A stretch of DNA of 64,000 nt from the NCBI GenBank assembly GCA_000004985.1, contig GG738848.1; one strand, given 5' to 3'. Below the pieces are notes generated by a model. The model searched no databases and had not been told where the DNA came from. It saw nothing but the letters and a program-made list of their open reading frames with translations. This stretch comes from Naegleria gruberi (taxonomy: Eukaryota). Within the stretch, counting starts at the first letter, position 1; each line of letters opens with the position of its first letter. The translations under genes were made by a program, and so were the position numbers. Below are positions 30,801-40,302 of the stretch, one piece after another.

Positions 30801-33067
30801 ACATAATGTGCAACTGCCACATTATTATCAATTTGAATAGAGAAACTCACACCGAGACCAATTGCAACAGTCAAAATACTCAATGAAAAGCAAAAGATAA
30901 AGCCAAAGAAGTACATCAAAATGTTTGATCCCTTTGTTCTATTGAGGGCGGATCTTATTTGCAACTCCTTCTTGATAATTGATGAACGATTTTCTACTCC
31001 ATCAAACTCAGACGACTCTGAAACAGACTTTTCATCAAAGTTGAACTTGTTATTTTTCGATTCAACATTTGGCATGTATGGCAGGACCTTATTTCCTTTG
31101 ACAACTGGTTTCTTGTGGGAAACTTTACGAGTTTCCTCATCCTCAATAGTTGCTGCCTCGTCATACATTTCATTGGCTCTTTCTTTGTCAAATTTAATTT
31201 CTTCCAAAAACTTGGCATATGTTCTTAAAACATTCTTATTGTTACCATAATTTGACATTAAATTGGTTAGCACAAGGGTACATTGTTTTGTGAGTGATGT
31301 GATTTGACTGTTCAATGAGTCAATCTTGTCTACGGATACTGATTCACTCATCATTTCCTTCCAAAATGATTTGTGTAAAGAGCTGATAATAGCATGCTTC
31401 TTTTCAATTTTCTGAATGATATGTTTGACTTCTAATAGCTTTTTACCATCTTCTAGAGATATCTCCAACTCTTTTGTTCTGAGACTGATGGAAAATCTTT
31501 GAATCAGATTTGGTAAGTTTTTAGTGGCCTTCTCCAAAAGTTTCAATCCAGCACTTTGTTGACCTTCAATAAAGTTTCCTGTAATCACAGCAGCAATTAC
31601 TAAAAGGTCAATATTCTGATAAGTTTTCTGACTAGCAACTCCTTTGATAAAGCATTTGGCCATTTCAATTTCTGTCAAATTACCAATTGATAAACCTTCC
31701 TTTGCAGTCTTGACACAAAATTTCAAGAAGAGAAACAATCTTCTAGTCTTTTTTGTTTCCTCAATTTCATGTAAAATGTTGAGCGCTTGTCTCTCAAGAA
31801 TATACTTGGGATTAATAAAATCCAAATTGTCACTCTTAATTAGAGAATCAAGACCCTTCTCCAAGTGATCGAGAAATACTGCCTTGATATCTTTCATAAT
31901 CATTCGAGTGTACATCTCTAATGAAATACTTCCAACTGCAAAGAAGACAATCATTACAAAGAAGGTTATTCCCATCAATCCTAAACCAAGTCCAAACTCA
32001 TTCTCTTTGTTTACATAGACAGATACCACTCCACACAAGGAAGAACCAACTGCAGCACACATAAAACCAAAGTAAACTGAATTCTCCCATCTTGTATAGA
32101 ATGGAATAAAGTACAGAAAAGATGCAGCAAGAATAAATCTTGTTAGAAAGTAATAAACTGCTTGAATGACAATGTAATCGTCTGAAACCAAGCATGTAAA
32201 AATGTAAAAACTTGTTGAAGCAAGAAAGTTGAAGAATAAAAAGTGCAAATCGTACGAAGCAAATGGTGTCTTACTTTTAGCATGTACATCCATCAATGTG
32301 TGGGTTCCAACAAATAATGAAAGTGGCACTGCAAACACTGACATAATTCCAAGAACCATCATGGCAATATTACCACTTCCGTAACAATATACATCTGGGT
32401 ATCTCTGTAAAACTTGATGTGGTGTCAAAGCTGGTGCAACAATCACCGATGATGCATAGTTACAATCGAGGAAACCCAACAAGAGCCAACTAATTGGCAT
32501 AGATAGTAGACACGTTGTTGCAATAATTATCTGCGTGGCAATCTTTATCTTTGGCCAATATTTGCTCATTGTATAGACTGACCTATAGGCCAATGCCAAA
32601 GTAATAACCGAAACAATAAGAAACGCAAAGAAAACCGAAGCAATAATTAAGGCTGGTATATATGGAACATTTTCCAATCCAAATGTCATTGGATAATTGA
32701 GTGCTCTAGCTATCCATTTACCATATTCTCCATAGTTATAGTCTGGTTGTATTCCAATGAATAGTCCTATCCAAATAATGTACAAGTGCACGCACAACAT
32801 GACGATTTTGTCTTTCCTTGAGATACATTCTGTCGAGTCGTGCAAACTCATCAACAAAGTTATCAGAGATTCTTCAACTTTTGCCATGAAGGTCATATTA
32901 TTAAATTCAGTGTCCAAATCAGTTACTGAAACAACAGATTCAGAGCCAGAACCTGCAAACTTTGGTGGGCCTGCATTACTCCCCACCGAAAATCTTCTTG
33001 CACGTGTATCATATTGAGAGGGATTGCCCATACTGATGGCATCGTCTGTAATGTTGAGATTATTCAT
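27818..33067 (-). CDS. Polytopic class III nucleotide cyclase with 6 TM, a cytoplasmic region, 6 TM, a PAS/PAC domain and a cyclase homology domain. Adenylyl-type by the Lys in KIKTIGD.
   Basis: The 1749-aa ORF is uninterrupted. Two clusters of about 6 hydrophobic helices are present. The PAS/PAC segment is [38 protein letters not shown]...[21 protein letters not shown]. The cyclase domain is [16 protein letters not shown]...[15 protein letters not shown]...[36 protein letters not shown]. Confidence 0.8.
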   Translation of the reverse strand: [1749 protein letters not shown]

Positions 33068-34557
33068 AATGTTGTTTGATTTAGTTTTTTTTGATTAGTG
33101 ACTGCAGTGTAAGAGCTCAATATTCATTATCGCCATCATTAAACTTCATTGTTGTACAACATTAGAATGGATGCAGTTTCGTATTTGTAAATATCTCTTT
33201 CTATCTAGCCAAGACCTATAGTTGAATATTAGTGGTTCAATTATTCCATACGTACTTGGTGGTATGGCACATCTTGGAACCATCACTAGGAATCAGAGGT
33301 TGTAGAATAACAATCACTTCCGCTCATCAAACAACAATAAACTTCAGACGAAATATTAGAGTGTGTTGTATCTTAAATTTGAGCGTTAATGAGGCATGAT
33401 AGCACCAATTTAAAGTCATTTCTATGTCTCGTGATTTTAATTTTCGCTTATTAAAACACACATCATTGAAAAGGTAACAGAAAAATCTAAATATGATGTT
33501 TGCTGGGGAGAACAAGTTGCTTGGCAAATAAAATTCTTTGATACGTTGTATAAGCTGTTCCTTTGTTTAATCTCACCGTGAGATGATGTTGGATGAGAGC
33601 GAATAAGTAGATATTACATTCCTACTTTGATAGTGTAAATTCTCTCATGTGATTCTATCTCTTCTCTTAAAGGATGCGTGATTAGATTGTGGCCTCTTGG
33701 AATACCACTATGATGAAACATGAAGATAAAAATCTCTTGAATTTTTTTGTTAATTGAATTTTACATTCGTGGTGATGTGGATTCTTATCATACGGAGCAA
33801 GATGAATAATTTATTATTGTTATTATTCTGTTAATTTTACTCCAAAGCATGATGGGGATCATGTGGATTTCAAAGCTTGTGTTTTTCTTGTTCAAAACAA
33901 GTTGAAGAAGGTATTAAAGACCAAACAAATGTCGTTAGACAATACAAGCATCGAACAATCATCAATACCTTGAGGTGGTAGATTTGAATCTCCTAATAGT
34001 GGTTTGAGAAGATCATCGCCTTCCTACATTAATTTATATTGCAAACCTTCAACAGCATCCGAAAAGAAGAAGAATTTTACTAACAACAACATGGTGGTCG
34101 GACAATCGCTTCCTTTAAATTTCCTACCAGAGAAGTACCCAACATCATTAAAATACACAACCATCCTCTGCCAATAACATCTTCCTTTCCAATAATTATT
34201 TCACTCTCCAAAATCTTCGAGGCCTCTGCTGTTTTATGTTGCATAGGAAAACACAGAAAATTTCCCATTTTCTTGCTCAAGCCATTTTTTTAAATTTTTT
34301 TAAATTTTTTTTTAGTAATTTTGCCCTTCAATCACTTTCACAATTTTTGTAACGGAGTGTCAACTTTCTGAGAGTACCTTTCTAATAGTGGAAACAATAG
34401 CAAGAAATGGAAGAGGCGTGAAGTGTGATCTTGGAAATAGTCTGCTTAACGAATCACACAAAAAAACGTCTCTCAACAATTCGTTTCGTCTTGTTATTTA
34501 GCATTGCAGGATTTTATTCGAAATTTGTTCTTGTTGGAAAGGAGAACAATTTAATAG

Positions 34558-36747
34558 ATGGGTCAGCAACAATCAGGAGCTCGTGTCGATGACATGGTCA
34601 TCCCTTCCACATCAAATTATTCAACTACAATACCCACAACTAACCTTTCGAATAATAATATTCGACAATTTTCAATACCACCAACTAACCTTGTACAATA
34701 TTCCACTTCTCCTCCATCAAATTCTAATCCAACAACAACATCATCTTCTCCTCCATCCATTGAAACTCTCTCACCACCATCAAAGAAAAAATTTATTACT
34801 CAACTCGTCAAGAGAATTAAAGCAACTTCACCAGTTCGTAAAAATCAACTTGTCGATGATCATTACATACCCAATTCGAATAGAAAAGCAGTAGCATCGA
34901 GTCCTACCTCTACTCCTGCTTGGTCAATTAATAAGAGATCAAATTCTATAGTGATGAATAATTCGAATGATGATTCACCACCTAATGAATTGATTATGGC
35001 ATCTGCTAGGAGTATTTCCTCCTCACAATATGATCAATATTTGACAGAAAGTGGTGGAGTACCTCTTTCACCAGATGGTCAATATACATTTAGTTTTAGT
35101 TTAGAATCAATTTTGGAACAGAATGAGAATGAATTGAGTGTAATTAGATCATTTTTTGAACAGTATGGATTTGTGATTATTAGAAATGTTATTTCACAGG
35201 AGCAAATTGATAAAACAATTGAAGAAATTTGGTCAATTATTGAAGGAAAAGATGAGTCAACTGTGGAAGTGATGGAATCTTTGAAATCTTTCCATCAATC
35301 TGCGTTTATTCCTGCTAATAGAAATGATCCAACAACTTGGAAAGAAGAATGTGGTTGGCCATCGTTTTCACAAGTTGGAATTCTTGGTAATCAACCAGCT
35401 CTTGGAAGATGTGCCATGGAAAATCGTCAGAATGAAAACATTTACAAGATTTTCAATTTTTTAATGGGCTGTAAGAATCCAATTTCCACACATTCGAGTA
35501 CGAGTAGTGGTCTATTGCAACCTCATCAGAGAATTAGTTCACTTTCGTTTTCTCCTCAATCTCCTTCTTCCATTTCACCAAATTCTCCTTCCTCTTTGAA
35601 TTGTGCATCTGGTAGTTCCTGGAATGGAGGTCTCTCTCCTAGTAATCCACAACAACAAATGTATTCCCAATCGAAAAAGGAGCATTCGAGAAGGAATTTC
35701 AATCACAAATTGTGGTGCAGTTTTGAAACGTATGGAGTGATGCGTCCAACGAAACAAGTTCTCATGAAAGATGGCAAGACAAGAAAGGATTTCCCTCAAT
35801 ACAAGACCAATGATAATTGGCTTCATTGGAGATTAAATCCATGGAAGCTCTATAAGGAATATCAAGCATTGAAGAATAATGTTAAGAAATTTTCACAATC
35901 TCCACAGGGAAGTTGTGGCAATTGCTTTGCGTCTGATCATTCATATTATGATCAGGACTATTCCATTTATTCTGAGGGTTATTTCAATTCATCGAGTCCA
36001 CTGAGTAGTAGTGTTACCATGCCAAGCGAAGGACAACAATTCTTGAATGGCAGCAGTGTCAATTCTCCTGGAGACTCGAAAACAAATCCAGAATCGAATG
36101 GACAAGCAAAGAAGAAACAATCATCCACTCCCTATGAGAAATCTCTTCTCCAATTGAAAACCTGGACAGGAAGAAAGTTTTTACTGAACGAAGATTATGG
36201 ATTATTCAAAGCTCTCTCTCAACAATCAAATGTAAATTATAATTATGTCAATCCAAGAGTTGACTACATGGGATCTGAAGTTAAATTGCAAGGAATGATC
36301 AACTTGATTGATAGCAAGGAACAAGATGGAGGATTAATGCTCGTTCCTTGTTTTCACACTCAATTCCTTTCCTATGCAAAGGCCACTTTTAAAAAGTTTG
36401 CTGGAAAATCTGATCATTTGGACAATTTTGTAAAAGTTCCACCAGGTTTCCACAATTTAGATTTGTACAAGATGGCCAAACCAATCTCCTTACCAGCTGG
36501 AGCAATTATTATTTGGGATTCCAGAATTCCAACTTGTACCTATCAGAATGATTCAGACAAATTCCACATGGCTCAATATGTGAGAATGTTCAAATGTGAA
36601 AAGTATCTCGTACCATCATCAGAATCCAGTCCTAGAAATCCATCACTTTTGGAAATGAGAAGACAATTAATTGAAAGATCAATGCCAAAAGATTTTGAAG
36701 TGACACCACTAGGAAAGAAACTCTTTGGATTGGATCGTCAATGGTAG
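34558..36747 (+). CDS. Hypothetical protein with an N-terminal MGQQQS motif (possible N-myristoylation), S/T/P/N-rich.
   Basis: The 729-aa ORF is uninterrupted. It has a Gly2 start followed by S6. Long low-complexity tracts are present. The C-terminal third is more globular (LMLVPCFHTQFLSYAKATF...IIIWDSRIPTCTYQNDSDKFHMAQYV) but was not confidently assigned. Confidence 0.35.
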   Translation: MGQQQSGARVDDMVIPSTSNYSTTIPTTNLSNNNIRQFSIPPTNLVQYSTSPPSNSNPTTTSSSPPSIETLSPPSKKKFITQLVKRIKATSPVRKNQLVDDHYIPNSNRKAVASSPTSTPAWSINKRSNSIVMNNSNDDSPPNELIMASARSISSSQYDQYLTESGGVPLSPDGQYTFSFSLESILEQNENELSVIRSFFEQYGFVIIRNVISQEQIDKTIEEIWSIIEGKDESTVEVMESLKSFHQSAFIPANRNDPTTWKEECGWPSFSQVGILGNQPALGRCAMENRQNENIYKIFNFLMGCKNPISTHSSTSSGLLQPHQRISSLSFSPQSPSSISPNSPSSLNCASGSSWNGGLSPSNPQQQMYSQSKKEHSRRNFNHKLWCSFETYGVMRPTKQVLMKDGKTRKDFPQYKTNDNWLHWRLNPWKLYKEYQALKNNVKKFSQSPQGSCGNCFASDHSYYDQDYSIYSEGYFNSSSPLSSSVTMPSEGQQFLNGSSVNSPGDSKTNPESNGQAKKKQSSTPYEKSLLQLKTWTGRKFLLNEDYGLFKALSQQSNVNYNYVNPRVDYMGSEVKLQGMINLIDSKEQDGGLMLVPCFHTQFLSYAKATFKKFAGKSDHLDNFVKVPPGFHNLDLYKMAKPISLPAGAIIIWDSRIPTCTYQNDSDKFHMAQYVRMFKCEKYLVPSSESSPRNPSLLEMRRQLIERSMPKDFEVTPLGKKLFGLDRQW

Positions 36748-36849
36748 AGAGAAATGAAATTTGAGCAATAAATTACTTTTATTGAAATCAATTTATTAGA
36801 ATGTAGATTGAGAGCTTGCATTGAGTGGAAAGTCCAATATATAGTTATT

Positions 36850-38010
36850 CTATTTCTTCTTTCTTACAAGTGCTCCAGGATGCGAAAGTGATGCCAATTT
36901 AACATTCAACACAATAAACACAATCAATCCAGCAAAAGCAATCCAATTAAACGTAGCACTCGCTCTAATATTCTCAAATATGTAATGAGCCGAAACCACA
37001 ACATTTAGCAAAGCAACCACAAATGGAAAATATTCAGCTGCTCTTTCTAATGAGAAACCATCCTCTCCTCCAAATATATTTGGAGTCAAATTGACTATTC
37101 CCATCACTAGGAAGAGAACGGCAGCTGTTCTTTGTAAATGTGAGCTACCACCTCCATATCCGTATAAATTATCCATATTTAGTTTACCTTCTCCTCCAAA
37201 ATATAACAAGAATGAATTGATGAGAAATAAGAAACCTGTGGACATGGTTGCAATTCTGTAATACTTTTTAGGTTCGTTTTCTTCCTTAGTAACGAATTTT
37301 CTGGTGTCCTTTGCAGCAGGAATGGTTTCGTCTGGACTTTCGATTAATTCGTCAACTTCTTCGTCAATGATTTCGTCTACAACTTCCTTCTTTCTTCTTC
37401 TTGGAGAAACTCTTTCAGAATGAAAACTATTTTCCAGAACCTTTTCCACATTCGAATCCTTTCTCTGTGGAGGCGAGACGATTCGTTTGCTACTATTCGA
37501 ATGAGGATTCGTTTGCCTAATTCTCTGAGTTGCATCTTCAACCAAATCTCTTTCATTCAAATATTGAAAAGAAGAAGAAGATTCGTATTCATCTTCAGTA
37601 TTTTGTTCGAAAGTCGAAGTCGTTGGCTGTTGATATGAATGTTGTAAAGTTTCGGATGTTAAATCCATGACCTTTCGTATTTTCTCTTTCATTTCTTCTA
37701 GATTCGAATCAATTTCTTCAAGTGGTGCTTCAAGCTTGTCCAAAGTGTGATCAATTTTATCAATTGAGTTTTCTACATTTTCTTGATTGATCAAACTGCT
37801 TGTTTCCGTATCACCTTTAGTTTTGAGGTAAAACTTGTCATTATTCGAATCTAATGAGAAACTTGGTCCAAACTTATCCTTTTCAATACTAAACAAGTCA
37901 ATCGTAGTATTGGGAACGTTACTATTAATTGGTGTAATCATTTTCTTTGCAATTTTTCTGTCTGAATAAAAAAGCAAATTTACAAAAATCTTGAAATGTA
38001 ATATTTCCAT
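36850..38010 (-). CDS. Hypothetical membrane protein with a soluble acidic/coiled N-terminal half and four C-terminal TM helices.
   Basis: The 386-aa ORF has hydrophobic helices FLFLINSFLLYFGG, AAVLFLVMGIVNL, FPFVVALLNVVVSAHYIF and IAFAGLIVFIVLNV. The true start may be the internal ATG at 37941 (MITPINSN), because the first 23 codons look UTR-like. Confidence 0.35.
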   Translation of the reverse strand: MEILHFKIFVNLLFYSDRKIAKKMITPINSNVPNTTIDLFSIEKDKFGPSFSLDSNNDKFYLKTKGDTETSSLINQENVENSIDKIDHTLDKLEAPLEEIDSNLEEMKEKIRKVMDLTSETLQHSYQQPTTSTFEQNTEDEYESSSSFQYLNERDLVEDATQRIRQTNPHSNSSKRIVSPPQRKDSNVEKVLENSFHSERVSPRRRKKEVVDEIIDEEVDELIESPDETIPAAKDTRKFVTKEENEPKKYYRIATMSTGFLFLINSFLLYFGGEGKLNMDNLYGYGGGSSHLQRTAAVLFLVMGIVNLTPNIFGGEDGFSLERAAEYFPFVVALLNVVVSAHYIFENIRASATFNWIAFAGLIVFIVLNVKLASLSHPGALVRKKK

Positions 38011-40134
38011 TTATGTCACATTAAAGATATGAACTTTTTTCTTGGAATAATCAGCAACGTAAAGCTCATTATTCACTTCATTCATACACATTCCATAAGG
38101 TCCTTGTAAATGTTCACTTTTGAAACTATGTAAATATCCGCCACTTTCGTCAAATAATTCGATTCTCTTATTGGACGAATCACAAATCAATAATTGTCTA
38201 GAAACCTTATCATACAACAGTCCTCTCACAAAATTGAATTCCCCAATTGAGCTACCACTCTTTCCAAATGAATATTTCAACTCGGCTTGATAATTATTCT
38301 TGAAATTGACTCCAGTTGCAAGTGGAGATTCTGGTGTGATGGAAAGTTTAAAGATTTGAATCTTATTCGAACCTGTTTCACTCACTATTAAATCACCATT
38401 CAGTGTCATGTCTATTCCCCATGGAGAGCTAAAGTTTATACCACAAGTTGATTGATCGAGTCTGTGAATTGGTTGACCAGTTTGTGAATTCAACAAGTGA
38501 ATGCAATTATTATTGTAATCACATACAAATAGCAGTTTGGAATTTTTACAAAATGTCATTCCACTTGGATAGGAAATTATTCCACTTGATTGTTTCCATT
38601 CGTAAAATTGAGATTGTTTGTCAATGATTGAAATTTTCAATAATTGTTCCAAATTGAACTTGTAAACTGAACGATCGTTGGATCCAATGAAGATGCTCGT
38701 TCTAGATGATGCAGAGGAAGGACTCTTTGGAGAGGAAACTGCATCACCTCTTATATCTTCCTCAATAATATACAAACAATGAGGTCTGAAGAAGGTCTTG
38801 ATGGATCCTTTAAATTTCTTTGTTTTCAAATCGTAAACCATTATTCTACTATTGAAATAGTCGCTCACTAAGAGAACATTTAAGAGGTGAGAGATTTTGA
38901 CATCGTATGGATTGGAGAGATTGTTCTTTTCATTTTCTTGTTGTTCCAGAGAGTGAGAATAAGCGATTGTTCGAGGAATGACTCTTCTCTTCATGATATT
39001 CGAAACAGAAGAGAAATGCTCCAACTCTGTTCGAATTTCCTCGACAATTTCACTCAAATCCATGAGTTGATTCTCATATAAATCTGAAATGTCAGTAAAC
39101 TGAAACAACAACTTGATTTTCTCAAATTCTTGAAGCGTTTTGTAATATTTTCGGTGTTTCCTTTCCAATAATTCATATCCTGACATGTCTGATAAACTAG
39201 CAAACTCCAAATACAACAATTTCACATCCTTCTTCAATGTTGCAATTTCTCTGACTATCATTTCGTATTCCAAACATTTCTTCTCAATGCTTTCGTTCAA
39301 TTTCTCTTGTTTCTCCCTCACTACTCTTTGTACATTCTCATAAAATTCATTCGATTGCTGTTTCATCCTCAATTTCATTTTAGAAATCTTGTTTAAATAG
39401 AATTGACATTGATCATTCGTCTTGTTTGGTTCCAAACCATGCATACTCTCCCATTCATTCACACTATTTTCCAATTCACTCAATTCTTGTGTCATTTTCA
39501 ATTTTTCTTCAGCTTCTATATTCTCAATTAGGAAAATATCATGTCCCTTATGCGAATCAACAGAACAAGCAGCACAAATTAATGATTGGCAAGTTTTGCA
39601 GACAGTATTGATAGCTACTGAGTGGAGAATACATTTGGGAGGTTTCTTTCGGGCAGAAAGTGGTGAGGGTTGATGCTGAGAGGGCGAAATTGTATTTAAA
39701 CTCAAGGGAGAAACTAAACTATTCTGAACCGAATCATGAGGAAAGATGTGATGATGTGAGCACTTCTTTAAATGTGTTTTTGTATGGAATTTACATAGAT
39801 ACAAATCACATTCCTTGCAAAAACAAGTTGATTCTTGATATTCTTCTGCTTTCTTCCAACATTTCGAACAAGGTTGAATTTTATAATAAACTCCATTCGA
39901 AACTAAAGATGACGGTGATGATTTAGGAGTTTTAGGTGAGGATTCGGTACTGCCAACAAGAGAAGATGAGGTCGTGTTGCTACTAGCACCACTTGAGGAA
40001 CGAGAATGAATCATGAACTTTTTTTTTATGAAGTTTTTATTAGAGTTGATTGTTGACATGTGTGTTGCATTTGGAAACAAGAAGAGAATGAGGAAACTTT
40101 CTTTCTTGAAACCATGTATGATTCGATTTTTCAA
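38011..40134 (-). CDS. TRIM-like protein with two B-box zinc fingers, a coiled coil and NHL repeats. No RING finger.
   Basis: B-box-like zinc fingers are CSKCWKKAEEYQESTCFCKECDLYLCKFHTKTH and CILHSVAINTVCKTCQSLICAACSVDSHKGHD. A heptad-rich region of about 200 aa follows. At least five NHL-type repeats are present (LLVSDYFNSRIMVYDL, LLFVCDYNNNCIHLLN, DLIVSETGSNKIQIFKL, QLLICDSSNKRIELFD, ELYVADYSKKKVHIFNV). The likely start is an internal ATG (MSTINS or MIHSRSS). Confidence 0.65.
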   Translation of the reverse strand: MKNRIIHGFKKESFLILFLFPNATHMSTINSNKNFIKKKFMIHSRSSSGASSNTTSSSLVGSTESSPKTPKSSPSSLVSNGVYYKIQPCSKCWKKAEEYQESTCFCKECDLYLCKFHTKTHLKKCSHHHIFPHDSVQNSLVSPLSLNTISPSQHQPSPLSARKKPPKCILHSVAINTVCKTCQSLICAACSVDSHKGHDIFLIENIEAEEKLKMTQELSELENSVNEWESMHGLEPNKTNDQCQFYLNKISKMKLRMKQQSNEFYENVQRVVREKQEKLNESIEKKCLEYEMIVREIATLKKDVKLLYLEFASLSDMSGYELLERKHRKYYKTLQEFEKIKLLFQFTDISDLYENQLMDLSEIVEEIRTELEHFSSVSNIMKRRVIPRTIAYSHSLEQQENEKNNLSNPYDVKISHLLNVLLVSDYFNSRIMVYDLKTKKFKGSIKTFFRPHCLYIIEEDIRGDAVSSPKSPSSASSRTSIFIGSNDRSVYKFNLEQLLKISIIDKQSQFYEWKQSSGIISYPSGMTFCKNSKLLFVCDYNNNCIHLLNSQTGQPIHRLDQSTCGINFSSPWGIDMTLNGDLIVSETGSNKIQIFKLSITPESPLATGVNFKNNYQAELKYSFGKSGSSIGEFNFVRGLLYDKVSRQLLICDSSNKRIELFDESGGYLHSFKSEHLQGPYGMCMNEVNNELYVADYSKKKVHIFNVT

Positions 40135-40302
40135 TCAACTTGTGGTTGTCCATGTGCAATACTGTTTATTGATGGATTTAAATAGTGTTTTATTATAAAG
40201 AAAGAGTTTATACAAGCAACTTGACACCAATAGTAGAGGATGGCCATGGATGATGGTGTGAAATCATCCATTCACACTTCTTCAAATAAATATTCGAATC
40301 TC

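Noticed and set aside
33327-34280. Small ORFs at 33327..33527 and 34080..34280 in the 1.5 kb intergenic region.
   Set aside because: No start context, splice signals or motifs. They are probably non-coding, or untranslated regions of the flanking genes.
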